In this document: piece after piece, positions 30,366 through 40,810 of the stretch
How positions within the stretch are numbered: position 1 is the stretch's first letter
How the letters are laid out: each line of letters starts with the position of its first letter
Source: Alphaproteobacteria bacterium 65-37
Lineage (GTDB): Bacteria > Pseudomonadota > Alphaproteobacteria > Reyranellales > Reyranellaceae
Direction of reading: 5' to 3'
DNA length: 64,000 bases
NCBI GenBank assembly: GCA_001897995.1
Contig: MKRV01000315.1
Span: forward strand, 545-64,544
Translations under genes and position numbers: made by a program
Notes under the pieces: model-generated
The model's input: the letters and a program-made list of their open reading frames with translations, nothing else
Database searches by the model: none
What the model was told of the DNA's origin: nothing

Positions 30366-31757
30366 ATGGCCGATTATGTCGTCAAGGATATCGGGCTCGC
30401 CGATTGGGGCCGCAAGGAACTCGACATGGCCGAGACCGAGATGCCGGGCCTCATGTCCATCCGCAAGGAATTCGGCCCCAAGAAGCCGCTGAAGGGCGCG
30501 CGCATCGCCGGGTCGCTGCACATGACCATCCAGACCGGCGTGCTGATCGAGACGCTGAAGGCGCTGGGCGCCGACGTCCGCTGGGCATCGTGCAACATCT
30601 ACTCGACGCAGGACCATGCCGCGGCCGCCATCGCCAAGGCCGGCACGCCGGTCTTCGCGATCAAGGGCGAGAGCCTCGAGGAATACTGGGACTACACCCA
30701 CAAGATCTTCGAATGGGGTGACGGCGGCGAGCCGAACATGATCCTGGACGACGGCGGCGATGCCACCCTGCTGGTCCATCTCGGCGCGCGCGCGGAGAAG
30801 GATCCGTCGTTGATCGCCAAGCCGACCAACGAGGAAGAGGAAGTCCTCTACAAGGCGATCGCCAAGACCAACAAGGAGAAGCCCGGCTGGTACGCCAAGC
30901 TCGGCGCCTCGATCAAGGGCGTCACCGAAGAGACGACCACGGGCGTGCATCGCCTCTACCAGATGGCGAAGGAAGGCAAGCTCCTGTGGCCGGCCATCAA
31001 CGTCAACGACTCGGTCACCAAGTCGAAGTTCGACAACCTCTACGGCTGCCGTGAATCGCTGGTCGACGGCATCCGCCGCGGCACCGACGTCATGATGTCG
31101 GGCAAGGTGGCGATGGTCGCGGGCTTCGGCGACGTCGGCAAGGGCTCGGCTGCGTCGCTGCGCCAGGCCGGCTGCCGCGTGATGGTCTCCGAGATCGATC
31201 CGATCTGCGCCCTGCAGGCGGCGATGGAAGGCTACGAGGTCGTGACGATGGAAGAGGCCGCGCCCAAGGCCGACATCTTCGTCACCGCGACCGGCAACGT
31301 CGACGTGCTGACGCTCGACCACATGAAGGCGATGAAGCACCGCGCCATCATCTGCAACATCGGCCACTTCGACAGCGAGATCCAGATCGCGTCCTTGCGC
31401 AATTTCAAGTGGCACAACGTGAAGCCGCAGGTCGACGAGGTCGAGTTCCCCGACGGCAAGCGCATCATCGTCCTGTCGGAAGGCCGCCTGGTGAACCTGG
31501 GCAATGCCACCGGCCATCCGAGCTTCGTGATGTCGGCCTCCTTCTCCAACCAGACCCTGGCCCAGATCGAGATCTGGACCAACCCCGGCAAGTACGAGAA
31601 GAAGGTCTACACCCTGCCGAAGGTGCTGGACGAGAAGGTCGCCGCCCTCCACCTCGAGAAGGTCGGCGCCAAGCTCACCAAGCTCCGTGCCGATCAGGCC
31701 AAGTATATCGGCGTGCCGGAGGCCGGCCCCTTCAAGGGCGACCTCTACCGCTACTAG
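30366..31757 (+). CDS. ahcY: Adenosylhomocysteinase
   Basis: [61 protein letters not shown]. Confidence 0.98.
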   Translation: MADYVVKDIGLADWGRKELDMAETEMPGLMSIRKEFGPKKPLKGARIAGSLHMTIQTGVLIETLKALGADVRWASCNIYSTQDHAAAAIAKAGTPVFAIKGESLEEYWDYTHKIFEWGDGGEPNMILDDGGDATLLVHLGARAEKDPSLIAKPTNEEEEVLYKAIAKTNKEKPGWYAKLGASIKGVTEETTTGVHRLYQMAKEGKLLWPAINVNDSVTKSKFDNLYGCRESLVDGIRRGTDVMMSGKVAMVAGFGDVGKGSAASLRQAGCRVMVSEIDPICALQAAMEGYEVVTMEEAAPKADIFVTATGNVDVLTLDHMKAMKHRAIICNIGHFDSEIQIASLRNFKWHNVKPQVDEVEFPDGKRIIVLSEGRLVNLGNATGHPSFVMSASFSNQTLAQIEIWTNPGKYEKKVYTLPKVLDEKVAALHLEKVGAKLTKLRADQAKYIGVPEAGPFKGDLYRY

Positions 31758-31814
31758 AGCAGCGTCTCACTAGCCGCCCACAGGGGCGTACATGCTAAAA
31801 GTCGGCATCGAAAG

Positions 31815-32258
31815 ATGCCGACTTTTTCTTTGCCCCTTGCCGACGAAGCCGCCACCGAGCGGCTGGGCGCCGCACTCGCCGCCCGGCTGCGGCCACGCGA
31901 CGTCGTGGCGCTCGAGGGCGGTCTCGGCGCCGGCAAGACCACGCTGGCGCGCGCCATCCTGCGCGCCGCCGCCGGCGATCCGGCGCTGATCGTGCCCAGC
32001 CCGACCTTCACCCTGGTCGAGGTCTACGAGACCCCCGCCGCGTCGTGGTGGCATTTCGATCTCTATCGCCTGGAACAGCCCGAGCAGGTCTTCGAACTGG
32101 GCTGGGAAGAAGCGCGCGCCGACGGCGTGGCGCTCGTCGAATGGGCGGAGCGGCTGGGGCCGCTCCTGCCGCGTGAACGGCTCACGGTTCGTCTCGCCAT
32201 CGCGGGCGAGGGCCGGCATGCCATCCTGGAGGGAGAAGCTCGTTTTGGCGACGTCTGA
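31815..32258 (+). CDS. tsaE: t6A biosynthesis ATPase TsaE
   Basis: LEGGLGAGKTT, VPSPTFTLV, HFDLYRL, LVEW. Confidence 0.95.
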   Translation: MPTFSLPLADEAATERLGAALAARLRPRDVVALEGGLGAGKTTLARAILRAAAGDPALIVPSPTFTLVEVYETPAASWWHFDLYRLEQPEQVFELGWEEARADGVALVEWAERLGPLLPRERLTVRLAIAGEGRHAILEGEARFGDV

Positions 32259-33249
32259 ACGCAATCGCGCGCGCGCCGAGTTCGTGGCGGCAGCCGGCTG
32301 GGGCAATGCCGGCGAACGCCTGCTGGCCGGTGACGCCTCCTTCCGCAAATACTATCGACTGACCCGGCCGCGCCAATCCGCGGTCGTCATGGATGCGCCG
32401 CCGCCGCAGGAGGACGTACGGCCGTTCGTGCGCGTCGCCCGGCACCTGATCGGCCTCGGCCTCAGCGCCCCGCAGATCCTGGCCGAGGATGCCGAGCGCG
32501 GTTTCCTGCTGCTCGAGGATTTCGGCGACGACACCTATGCGCGCGTGCTGGCGGCGGGCGGCGACGAAGGCGAACTCTATCGGCGTGCCACCGACGTGCT
32601 GGTCGAGCTCTATCGCGCCGACAACCGCTCCATCCTGCCCGTTCTCGGCGCCTATGCCGGTGATGCGCTGATCGAGGCCGCGTCACTGTTGCCGGAATGG
32701 TACCTGCCCGCCGTCACCGGCCGGCCGACGCCGTCCGAGGAGGCGGCGTGCTATGTTGCCGCCTGGCGCGAGTGTCTCGCGGCGCTGCCGGCCGGCGACG
32801 ACGCCCTGCTGCTGCGCGACTACCACAAGGACAACCTGCTCTGGCTACCCGCGCGCCCCGGCGTCAAAGCCTGCGGCCTGCTCGATTTCCAGGACGCCCA
32901 GCGCGGCCACGCCTCCTACGATCTGGTATCGCTGATCGAGGACGCGCGGCGCGACGTGGCGCCGGACGTACAGGCCGCCTGTCTCGACCGCTACATTGCG
33001 GACGCGGGTATTTCCGATGCGGCCACGTTCCGCACCGGATTTGCGCTGATGTCCGCCCAACGCCATGCCCGCATCATCGGTCTCTTCGTGCGTCTCCTGA
33101 AGCGGGACGGCAAGCCCGACTACCTGCAGCACCTGCCGCGCGTGTGGCGGATGTTCGAGAAGGCACTGACGCACGAAGCGCTGACGCCGCTGCGCCACTG
33201 GATCGACCGCCTGCTGCCGCCACCGCTTCGCCATTTCGGTGCGCCATGA
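32245..33249 (+). CDS. amgK: MurNAc/GlcNAc anomeric kinase AmgK (aminoglycoside phosphotransferase fold)
   Basis: LAGDASFRKYYRL, VVMDAPP, LLEDFGD, RDYHKDNL, LDFQDA, YDLVSL. Located between tsaE and murU. The TTG start at 32245 is inferred. Confidence 0.85.
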   Translation: MATSERNRARAEFVAAAGWGNAGERLLAGDASFRKYYRLTRPRQSAVVMDAPPPQEDVRPFVRVARHLIGLGLSAPQILAEDAERGFLLLEDFGDDTYARVLAAGGDEGELYRRATDVLVELYRADNRSILPVLGAYAGDALIEAASLLPEWYLPAVTGRPTPSEEAACYVAAWRECLAALPAGDDALLLRDYHKDNLLWLPARPGVKACGLLDFQDAQRGHASYDLVSLIEDARRDVAPDVQAACLDRYIADAGISDAATFRTGFALMSAQRHARIIGLFVRLLKRDGKPDYLQHLPRVWRMFEKALTHEALTPLRHWIDRLLPPPLRHFGAP

Positions 33250-33938
33250 TCCGGACTGCGATGATCCTGGCGGCCGGGCGCGGTGAGCGCATGCGGCCCC
33301 TCACCGACTCCACGCCCAAGCCGCTGATTCCGGTGGCCGGCCGGTCGATGCTCGAACGCTCGATGGATCGATTGCAGCGCCACGGCGTTCAGAACATCGT
33401 GGTGAACGTCCATCATCTCGGCAGCCAGATCGCCGATCGTGTCGGCGGTCGCGCCCGCATCATTCACGAGGACCGGCTGCTCGATACCGCGGGCAGCGTG
33501 CGCAACGCGCTGCCGCTGCTCGGCAACGGGCCGTTCTTCGTGCTGAACGGCGACGGGCTCTGGCGCGACGGTGAAAGCTCGATGCTGGGCCGTCTCGAAG
33601 CCGCTTGGGATCCACGACGGATGGATGCCCTTCTGCTGCTGCATCCGCAGGCCAGTGCGATCGGCCACGAGGACGGCGGACGGGGCGACTACTATCTCGA
33701 ACCCGACGGCCGGGCACGCCATCGCGGCACGGCGCAGACCGCGCCTTATCTGTTCGCCAGCGTTTCGATCTGCGATCAGCGGCTGTTCCAGGGCACGTCC
33801 GAAGGCCCGTTGTCGCTGGTGAAGCTGTGGCACCGCGCCGAGCAGGCTGGCCGGCTGCAGGCGCTGGTGCATGACGGCCAATGGTTCCATATCGGCACGC
33901 CGCAGGCGCTCGCCGAAGCAGAACGCGTGCTGGGATGA
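33246..33938 (+). CDS. murU: MurNAc-1-phosphate uridylyltransferase MurU
   Basis: AMILAAGRGERMRPLT..PKPLI, VVNVHHL, LNGD, WFHIGTP. Confidence 0.87.
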   Translation: MIRTAMILAAGRGERMRPLTDSTPKPLIPVAGRSMLERSMDRLQRHGVQNIVVNVHHLGSQIADRVGGRARIIHEDRLLDTAGSVRNALPLLGNGPFFVLNGDGLWRDGESSMLGRLEAAWDPRRMDALLLLHPQASAIGHEDGGRGDYYLEPDGRARHRGTAQTAPYLFASVSICDQRLFQGTSEGPLSLVKLWHRAEQAGRLQALVHDGQWFHIGTPQALAEAERVLG

Positions 33939-36892
33939 GCGGGATGCGGGACGGCATAACGGGCGTCTTCTCGATCGGCATCGACCGGCGCTTTGCCGAC
34001 GAGCTGGCGCGCGGCGTGCTAGCCGAACAAGGCGACGATCCGCTGGCGCTGGCGGACATGTTTATCCTGGTCCCGACCCGCCGTTCGGTGCGGGCGCTGC
34101 GCGAGGCCTTTCTGCGCGCGACCGACGGCAAGCCCACCTTACTGCCGAACATGGCTCCGCTGGGCGACGTCGACGACGGCGACTGGGAGGCCGCCTCCGG
34201 AGACGGCGCCGCCCTCGCCCTGCCGCCGGCCATCGAACCGGCCGAACGCGAAGCGCTGCTCGCCGAACTCGTCGCCCGTTTCAGGGACGATCGGGGCCAG
34301 CCGCTCGCCCAGTCGGCGGCGCAGGCGCTGAAGCTTGCCCGCGAGCTCGCGAGCCTGCTCGACGAACTGGCGATCGACGGCGTGCCGTTCGAGAAGCTGG
34401 AAGCGCTCGTCGAAGAAAATTTCGCGAGCCACTGGCTGCGCACCTTGCGCTTCCTCGCCATCGTCGGCGAGCACTGGCCGGCCATCCTGACGAACCTCGG
34501 CCGGATCGACGCACTCGACCGCCGCACGCGCCTGCTGCGCCTGCAGGCGGAACGGTGGCGCGCGACGCCCCCCGCCACCCGGATCATCGCTGCCGGTTCG
34601 ACCGGTTCACAGCCGGCGACCCGCGAGCTCCTGTCGGTGATCGCCGGCCTGCCGAACGGCGCCGTCGTGCTGCCCGGCCTCGATCGCGAGATGGACGAGG
34701 CGAGCTGGGCGGCGCTCGCCCCCAGCCATCCGCAGTTCGGCTTGCGCGAACTGTTGGCGGCGCTGAAGCAAGACCGGCAGGCCGTGCCCGACTGGCCAGG
34801 CGGCCCCGGCGATGCTGCTCGTCGGCAGTTGATCACCGAGCTGATGCGGCCAGCCGAAACCAGCGAAGGCTGGACACGTCCCAGCGCCGCGGCGCTCGAC
34901 CATGTCACGCGCGCCGACTGCGCCACCCCCCATCAGGAAGCGTCGGTGATCGCGCTGGCGATGCGGGACGCGCTCGAGACGCCGGCGCGAACGGCGGCGC
35001 TCGTGACGCCGGACCGCGATCTCGCCCGCCGTGTCGCCGCCGAGCTGCGGCGCTGGCAGATCGAGGTCGACGATTCGGCTGGCCAGTCGCTGGCCGACAG
35101 CGCGCCGGCCACCTTGCTGCGGGCGCTGGTAACGGCCGTCGATGCGGATTTTGCCCCCGTCGACCTGCTGGCGCTGCTGAAGCACCCGCTCTGCACGCTC
35201 GGCCTGTCGCGACCGGCCCTGCTCGATGCGGCGCGGCGCCTCGACCGCAAGGGCCTGCGCGGCCTCAAGCCGGCGCCGGGACTGTCGGCACTGAAAGCGC
35301 TGATCGGGGAGAAGAATTTCGGCGATCCTGCCGACCGGCGTCAGGTCGTCGACCTGATCGACCGCCTCGAGGCCGCGGTCGCCGACCTGACAGCCCCCAT
35401 GGCCGCTGGCGCCGCCCCGCATCTGCTGCTCGATGCCACGCTTGCCGCGGCGGAAAAACTCGCCCCTGTCGAAACCTTGTGGTCCGGCGAAGCGGGCGAG
35501 GCTCTGGCCGATGCGCTGGCGCGGTTGCGCATCGCCTGGACCGACCGGCCGGCGATCGCCGGCGGCGAATGGCCGGCGCTGCTCACTTCCATGCTGGCGA
35601 CCGAGACCCTCCGGCCGCGCTTCGGCCGGCATCCGCGGCTTGCGATCTGGGGTCCGCTGGAAGCCCGTCTTCAGCGCGCCGACCTGTTGATCCTGGGAGG
35701 CTTGAACGAAGGCACCTGGCCTCCCTCGGTCGAGACCGGCCCGTGGATCAACCGACCGATGCGCGACAAGCTCGGCCTGCCACAGCCCGAGCGCCGTATC
35801 GGCCTGTCGGCACACGATTTCGCCTCGGCACTTGCCGCCGAAAGAGTTCTGCTGACGCGCGCCGAGCGCGAGGGCGGTGCGCCCACCGTGCCGTCGCGCT
35901 GGCTGGCACGGCTCGATGCGCTGTTCGGCTACGATCCCGAGCGTAGTGCGGCCGCGCCAGAGTATATCCAGCGCGGACGGCACGAGCTTCTCGCCTGGGC
36001 CGATCAGCTCGACGCCGCCGATGCCTATCGGCCGCGGACGCGGCCGCTGCCGACACCGCCGCTCGAGGCCCGGCCGACGGAACTCACCGTGTCGGACGTC
36101 GAGCAGTGGCGCCGCGATCCCTACGGCCTCTATGCACGTCGCATCCTCGGCCTCAAGCCGCTCGACCCGCTGGAGCAGGAGCTCGGTGCGGCGGAGCGCG
36201 GGTCGCATCTGCACGACGCCCTGGACGAATTCCTCAAGGCCTATCCGTCAGGTGTCCTGCCATCCGATGCGTTGCGGATCTTCGAGGAGATGGGCGAGCG
36301 GCATCTGGCAACGGTTCTGGCCGCCCCGGCGGAGCGGGCCTTCTGGTGGCCGCGCTTTCAGCGCCTGGCGCACTGGTTCATCGCCGTCGAGAATGCGCGC
36401 CGCGCCGCTGGTACGCGGCTGCTGGGCGGCGAGATCGACGGCTCCCTGACCGTGGGGCCTCTCACCATCAGGGGGCGCGCCGACCGTATCGACGAGATCG
36501 AGCCCGAGGGCTGGGAGATCATCGACTACAAGACCGGCCGCGTGCCCTCGCCCAAGGAGCTCGAGGGGCTGTTCGCGCCGCAGCTTCTGCTGGAAGCGGC
36601 CATGGCCGAACAGGGCGGCTTCAGGAAGATCGACGGCAAGGCGCGGACTACGCATTTGGCCTATTGGCAGGCCAACGGCCTGGGCGATGGCGGCACCCAA
36701 AAGGAGATCAAGGAGAGCGACGCGCTGGTCGGGCAGATGATGGCGCTGGTCAGCCGCATGGTCGCGCATTTCGGCAACCCGGCAACGCCCTACGAGGCCC
36801 TGCCCTGGCCGGAGTTCGTGCCGCACTTCAACGATTATGCCCATCTCGAGCGTGCCGCCGAATGGTCGAGCTCGGGCGGATGCGACGAATGA
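33935..36892 (+). CDS. addB: Double-strand break repair protein AddB
   Basis: LVPTRRSVRAL, AAGSTGSQPAT, VVLPGLD, LVTPDRDLAR, IWGPLEARLQ, GRADRID, IIDYKTG. Confidence 0.95.
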   Translation: MSGMRDGITGVFSIGIDRRFADELARGVLAEQGDDPLALADMFILVPTRRSVRALREAFLRATDGKPTLLPNMAPLGDVDDGDWEAASGDGAALALPPAIEPAEREALLAELVARFRDDRGQPLAQSAAQALKLARELASLLDELAIDGVPFEKLEALVEENFASHWLRTLRFLAIVGEHWPAILTNLGRIDALDRRTRLLRLQAERWRATPPATRIIAAGSTGSQPATRELLSVIAGLPNGAVVLPGLDREMDEASWAALAPSHPQFGLRELLAALKQDRQAVPDWPGGPGDAARRQLITELMRPAETSEGWTRPSAAALDHVTRADCATPHQEASVIALAMRDALETPARTAALVTPDRDLARRVAAELRRWQIEVDDSAGQSLADSAPATLLRALVTAVDADFAPVDLLALLKHPLCTLGLSRPALLDAARRLDRKGLRGLKPAPGLSALKALIGEKNFGDPADRRQVVDLIDRLEAAVADLTAPMAAGAAPHLLLDATLAAAEKLAPVETLWSGEAGEALADALARLRIAWTDRPAIAGGEWPALLTSMLATETLRPRFGRHPRLAIWGPLEARLQRADLLILGGLNEGTWPPSVETGPWINRPMRDKLGLPQPERRIGLSAHDFASALAAERVLLTRAEREGGAPTVPSRWLARLDALFGYDPERSAAAPEYIQRGRHELLAWADQLDAADAYRPRTRPLPTPPLEARPTELTVSDVEQWRRDPYGLYARRILGLKPLDPLEQELGAAERGSHLHDALDEFLKAYPSGVLPSDALRIFEEMGERHLATVLAAPAERAFWWPRFQRLAHWFIAVENARRAAGTRLLGGEIDGSLTVGPLTIRGRADRIDEIEPEGWEIIDYKTGRVPSPKELEGLFAPQLLLEAAMAEQGGFRKIDGKARTTHLAYWQANGLGDGGTQKEIKESDALVGQMMALVSRMVAHFGNPATPYEALPWPEFVPHFNDYAHLERAAEWSSSGGCDE

Positions 36893-39800
36893 GCGACGCT
36901 TTCGATCCGATCGCCTACGCCACCGGCGAACAGCGCAAGGCGACGGCGCCCGGCCATTCTGCCTGGGTCGAGGCCAATGCCGGCACCGGCAAGACCAAGG
37001 TGCTGACCGATCGCGTGACGCGGCTGCTGCTGGCCGGCGTACGGCCCGAGCGCATCCTCTGCCTCACCTTCACCAAGGCGGCGGCCGCCGAGATGCGCAA
37101 TCGCCTCGCGAGCCAGCTCGGCCGCTGGGCCATGGCCGACGACGCCGAGCTGACGCAAGCCGTCGCCAGGCTGATCGACGCCGAGCCGCAGGCCGAGCAG
37201 AAGGTGCTGGCGCGCCGCCTGTTCGCGCGTGTGCTCGATGCGCCGGGCGGCATCAACATCCTCACCATCCACGCCTTCTGCCAGGCTCTGCTGAAACGCT
37301 TTCCTCTGGAAGCCGGCGTGGCGCCGGGCTTCGAGGTGATGGACGAAGCCGAGGCGGCCACCCTGCTACGTCAGGCGCAGGACGAACAGGTCGAAGCGCT
37401 CGCCGAAGCGGACGCGCCGGAAGAGCTGCGCGCCGCCCTGGCCACCGTCGCCGGCCGGGTCTCCATTGCCGAATATGCCGAACTCATGGGCAAGCTCCTC
37501 ACCGAGCGGGCCTGGATGCTGGCGCGGATCGCCAACGAGGAGGGGCTGCTACGTTTGCGCCGGCGGCTGGAGCGCCAGCTCGGCTGCGACCGTCCCTTCG
37601 ACTCGACGCCCGACGAGACGGGCGTGCGCCTTGCCGCCAAGGCTCTCGCGAACGGCGGCGGCAAGCAGGATGCGGTGCGGGCCGACAAGATCGCCGCCTG
37701 GCTGGCCGCCTCGGACCGCGACGCGGGCCTCGACGACTACGCCTCGGTCTTCTTCACCGACAAGGGCGATCTGCGCAAGACGATGGCCACCAAAGGCGCC
37801 GTCAAGCTGATGGGCGACATCGAGGCGGTCCTGCGCCGGGAAGCCGAACGCGTGGCACTTGCCGTGAACCACAAACGTGGAACGGCGCTCGTCGAACGCA
37901 CGGTGGCCCTGCTCCGGCTGGGCCTCGATATCACCGGGCGCTACAGCCGCGCCAAGGATCGACGCGCCGTGCTCGACTATGACGACCTGATCGTCGCGAC
38001 GCGACGGCTGCTCGAGGGCGCCGGCAACGCGGCCTGGGTGCTCTACAAGCTCGACGGCGGCATCGATCACGTGCTGGTCGACGAGGCGCAGGACACCAAT
38101 CCCGATCAATGGGAAGTGATCCGTCAGATCACCGAGGAATTCTTCGCCGGCGAAAGCGCGGTCGAGCGGCCGCGCACCGTCTTCGCTGTCGGCGACACCA
38201 AGCAGTCGATCTTCGGTTTCCAGCGCGCCGACCCGCGCAAGCTCGCCGAAATGCGCAATCGTTTCGCCGAGAAGAGCGAAGTGGCGCAGAAGCCCTTCGT
38301 GCCGATCCAGCTCACCGTGTCCTTCCGCTCGACGCCGGCCGTGCTCGAGGCCGTCGACTGGGTGTTCGCCGTCGACGAGGCGGCCGAAGGAGTCGCCCAG
38401 CCCGATATCGAAGTGCAGCACTTTGCCAGCCGCAACCAGGAGCCCGGTCGCGTCGAGCTGTGGCCGCTGGTCGCCGGCGCGAAGAGCGAGACCGACACGA
38501 CCGACTTCGACGCGCCGCGCGACGCTCTGCCGCCGCCGCACGACCGGCTGGCCCGCCTGATCGCTGCCCACGCCGGCAGCCTGATCGGCAAGGAGCGGCG
38601 CGCCCGCGACGGCGAGCTGCTGCATGGCGGCCATTTCATGGTGCTGGTCCGGCGCCGCAATGCCTTCGTCAATGCCCTGGTGCGTGCGCTGAAACAGGCC
38701 GGCATCGAGGTGGCCGGCGTCGATCGCCTCAATCTCGGTGAGGAGCTCGCCATTCAGGATCTGCTGGCGATGGCGCGTTTCGTGCTGCTGCCGCAGGACG
38801 ATCTCAACCTCGCCTGTCTTCTCAAGTCGCCACTGGTCGGCCTCGACGAGGAGCAGCTCTTCACCCTGGCGTGGCGGCGGAAGGGACATCTCTGGCGCGC
38901 CTTGCGTGAGCACGCAACGGGGCACGCGGCAGATCCCGCCTTCACCGCGGCGCATGGCCTGCTGTCGCAGTGGCTGGCGCGGGCCGACTTCACGACACCC
39001 TTCGATTTCTTCGCCCAGGCGCTCGGCCCCGAGGGCGGCCGGCGCCGGCTGCTCGAACGGCTGGGCCACGAGGCCTCCGATCCGATCGACGAGCTGCTGG
39101 CGCGCGCGCTGCAGTACCAGCGTGTCGAGGCGGCCTCCTTGCAGGGCTTCCTGCGCTGGTTCGAGGCGGGCGGCAGCGAGATCAAGCGCGACCTCGACGC
39201 CAACCGCCGCCGCGAGGTGCGCATCCTCACCGTGCATGCCTCGAAGGGGCTGCAGGCGCCCATCGTCTACCTGCCCGACACGACGCGCGTGCCGCGCGAT
39301 TCGGAACGCCTGCTGGCGGCGGAGGACGGCAGCGCCCGACTCTGGCTGCCGCGCACCGACGATGCCAACGAAGCAGCCCGCGAATGGCGGGCCGAGGGGC
39401 GCCGACGCGCCCTGCAGGAACAGAACCGCCTGCTCTACGTCGCCATGACCCGCGCCGAGGATCGCCTCTATGTCGGCGGCTGGATCGGCACCCGGCGGCA
39501 GGATGCAGGCTGCTGGTACGACCGGATTGCCGCCGGTCTCCAGGCCAGCAGCGAAGCGGATAGCCGCGACCGCCTGCATGCCAGGCCACGCGAGTTCGAC
39601 TTCACCGCGCTGCTGCCCGATGCCGGCTGGACCGGCGACGGCTACGAGCTCTTCAACGACGGCCACATCGCCGAGCCCGATCAGCGCGAGTTGCCGCTGG
39701 CACGGACCGCCGAGCTGCAGGACTGGGTGCGCCGGCCCGCGCCCGCCGAGCCCGATCCGCCGGCACCGCTCGCCCCCTCGCAGCCGCTGCCCGACGAAGC

Positions 39801-40383
39801 CCTGGCCGAGTCGCGTGCCTTCAGTCCATTGGCTGCCGACGATCCCCGGCGCTGGCAGCGCGGCCTGCTGCTGCACGAACTGCTGCGTCACCTGCCCGCC
39901 TTGCCGCCTGATGAAAGGCCTGAGGCGGCTCGCCGCTTCCTGGCGCAGGCCGCCCATGGCCTTGCGCCCGAGGATGTCGAGCGTTGGGCAGCAGAGGCGC
40001 TGGCCGTCACCGAGGCCCCCGAGCATGCCGCGCTGTTCGCCGAGGGCTCGCGCGCCGAGGTGCCGCTGATCGGTACCGTGCAGACACCGCGCGGCACCTT
40101 CACGGTCAGTGGCCAGGTCGACCGCCTCGCTGTTTCTGCGCGCTCCGTGCTGATCGTGGACTTCAAGACCAATCGGCCGCCGCCCCGCGCGGCCGACGAG
40201 GTGCCTCTGGCCTACCGGCGCCAGCTCGCCCTCTACCGGGCTCTCCTGCAGCGCATTTATCCGGGTCACGCCGTCCGAGCGTTTTTGCTGTGGACGGCCG
40301 CCCCCAGGTTGATGGAGATCGACCAGGAAACCCTAGAAAAATCAATGCCTTATGCTTCCACCTCCGCAATGTCGCCATCTTGA
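36889..40383 (+). CDS. addA: Double-strand break repair helicase/nuclease AddA
   Basis: WVEANAGTGKTKVLTDRV, LTFTKAAAAEM, VDEAQDT, VGDTKQSIFGFQ, TVHASKGL, YVAMTRAED, GQVDRL, VDFKTNR. Confidence 0.96.
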   Translation: MSDAFDPIAYATGEQRKATAPGHSAWVEANAGTGKTKVLTDRVTRLLLAGVRPERILCLTFTKAAAAEMRNRLASQLGRWAMADDAELTQAVARLIDAEPQAEQKVLARRLFARVLDAPGGINILTIHAFCQALLKRFPLEAGVAPGFEVMDEAEAATLLRQAQDEQVEALAEADAPEELRAALATVAGRVSIAEYAELMGKLLTERAWMLARIANEEGLLRLRRRLERQLGCDRPFDSTPDETGVRLAAKALANGGGKQDAVRADKIAAWLAASDRDAGLDDYASVFFTDKGDLRKTMATKGAVKLMGDIEAVLRREAERVALAVNHKRGTALVERTVALLRLGLDITGRYSRAKDRRAVLDYDDLIVATRRLLEGAGNAAWVLYKLDGGIDHVLVDEAQDTNPDQWEVIRQITEEFFAGESAVERPRTVFAVGDTKQSIFGFQRADPRKLAEMRNRFAEKSEVAQKPFVPIQLTVSFRSTPAVLEAVDWVFAVDEAAEGVAQPDIEVQHFASRNQEPGRVELWPLVAGAKSETDTTDFDAPRDALPPPHDRLARLIAAHAGSLIGKERRARDGELLHGGHFMVLVRRRNAFVNALVRALKQAGIEVAGVDRLNLGEELAIQDLLAMARFVLLPQDDLNLACLLKSPLVGLDEEQLFTLAWRRKGHLWRALREHATGHAADPAFTAAHGLLSQWLARADFTTPFDFFAQALGPEGGRRRLLERLGHEASDPIDELLARALQYQRVEAASLQGFLRWFEAGGSEIKRDLDANRRREVRILTVHASKGLQAPIVYLPDTTRVPRDSERLLAAEDGSARLWLPRTDDANEAAREWRAEGRRRALQEQNRLLYVAMTRAEDRLYVGGWIGTRRQDAGCWYDRIAAGLQASSEADSRDRLHARPREFDFTALLPDAGWTGDGYELFNDGHIAEPDQRELPLARTAELQDWVRRPAPAEPDPPAPLAPSQPLPDEALAESRAFSPLAADDPRRWQRGLLLHELLRHLPALPPDERPEAARRFLAQAAHGLAPEDVERWAAEALAVTEAPEHAALFAEGSRAEVPLIGTVQTPRGTFTVSGQVDRLAVSARSVLIVDFKTNRPPPRAADEVPLAYRRQLALYRALLQRIYPGHAVRAFLLWTAAPRLMEIDQETLEKSMPYASTSAMSPS

Positions 40384-40465
40384 CTTGGGGGGTCCCGGTT
40401 CCTAGCTTGAGGGCCAAGGGCGGCGCCGGCCATCCACCGGCCTCTCGCATATCCGGAGAAAACAT

Positions 40466-40783
40466 ATGACCGTCAAAGCAACCGACGCTTCCTTCGAGCA
40501 GGAAGTCCTGAAGTCTGACACGCCCGTTCTCGTCGACTTCTGGGCCGAATGGTGCGGCCCCTGCCGCATGATCGGCCCCTCCCTGGAGGACATCGCCAAG
40601 GAGATGGACGGCAAGCTCAAGGTCGTGAAGGTCAATATCGACGAAAACCCGATGGCGCCGACGCGCTACGGCGTGCGGTCGATCCCGACCCTGCTGCTGT
40701 TCAAGAACGGCCAGGTCGCAGCGACCAAGATCGGCGCGGAGCCGAAGCAGAAGCTGGTGAGCTGGATCAACACCGTCGTCTGA
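40466..40783 (+). CDS. trxA: Thioredoxin
   Basis: [16 protein letters not shown]. Confidence 0.97.
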   Translation: MTVKATDASFEQEVLKSDTPVLVDFWAEWCGPCRMIGPSLEDIAKEMDGKLKVVKVNIDENPMAPTRYGVRSIPTLLLFKNGQVAATKIGAEPKQKLVSWINTVV

Positions 40784-40810
40784 GCGCCCTCATCGGATGG
40801 CGCGCACGTT

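Noticed and set aside
32245-33249. Aminoglycoside phosphotransferase resistance gene
   Set aside because: The tsaE-X-murU context identifies it as the peptidoglycan-recycling kinase AmgK.
25539-40783. chvI-chvG-hprK-rapZ-PTS-ahcY-tsaE-amgK-murU-addBA-trxA as a novel system
   Set aside because: This is a well-known conserved alphaproteobacterial gene cluster.
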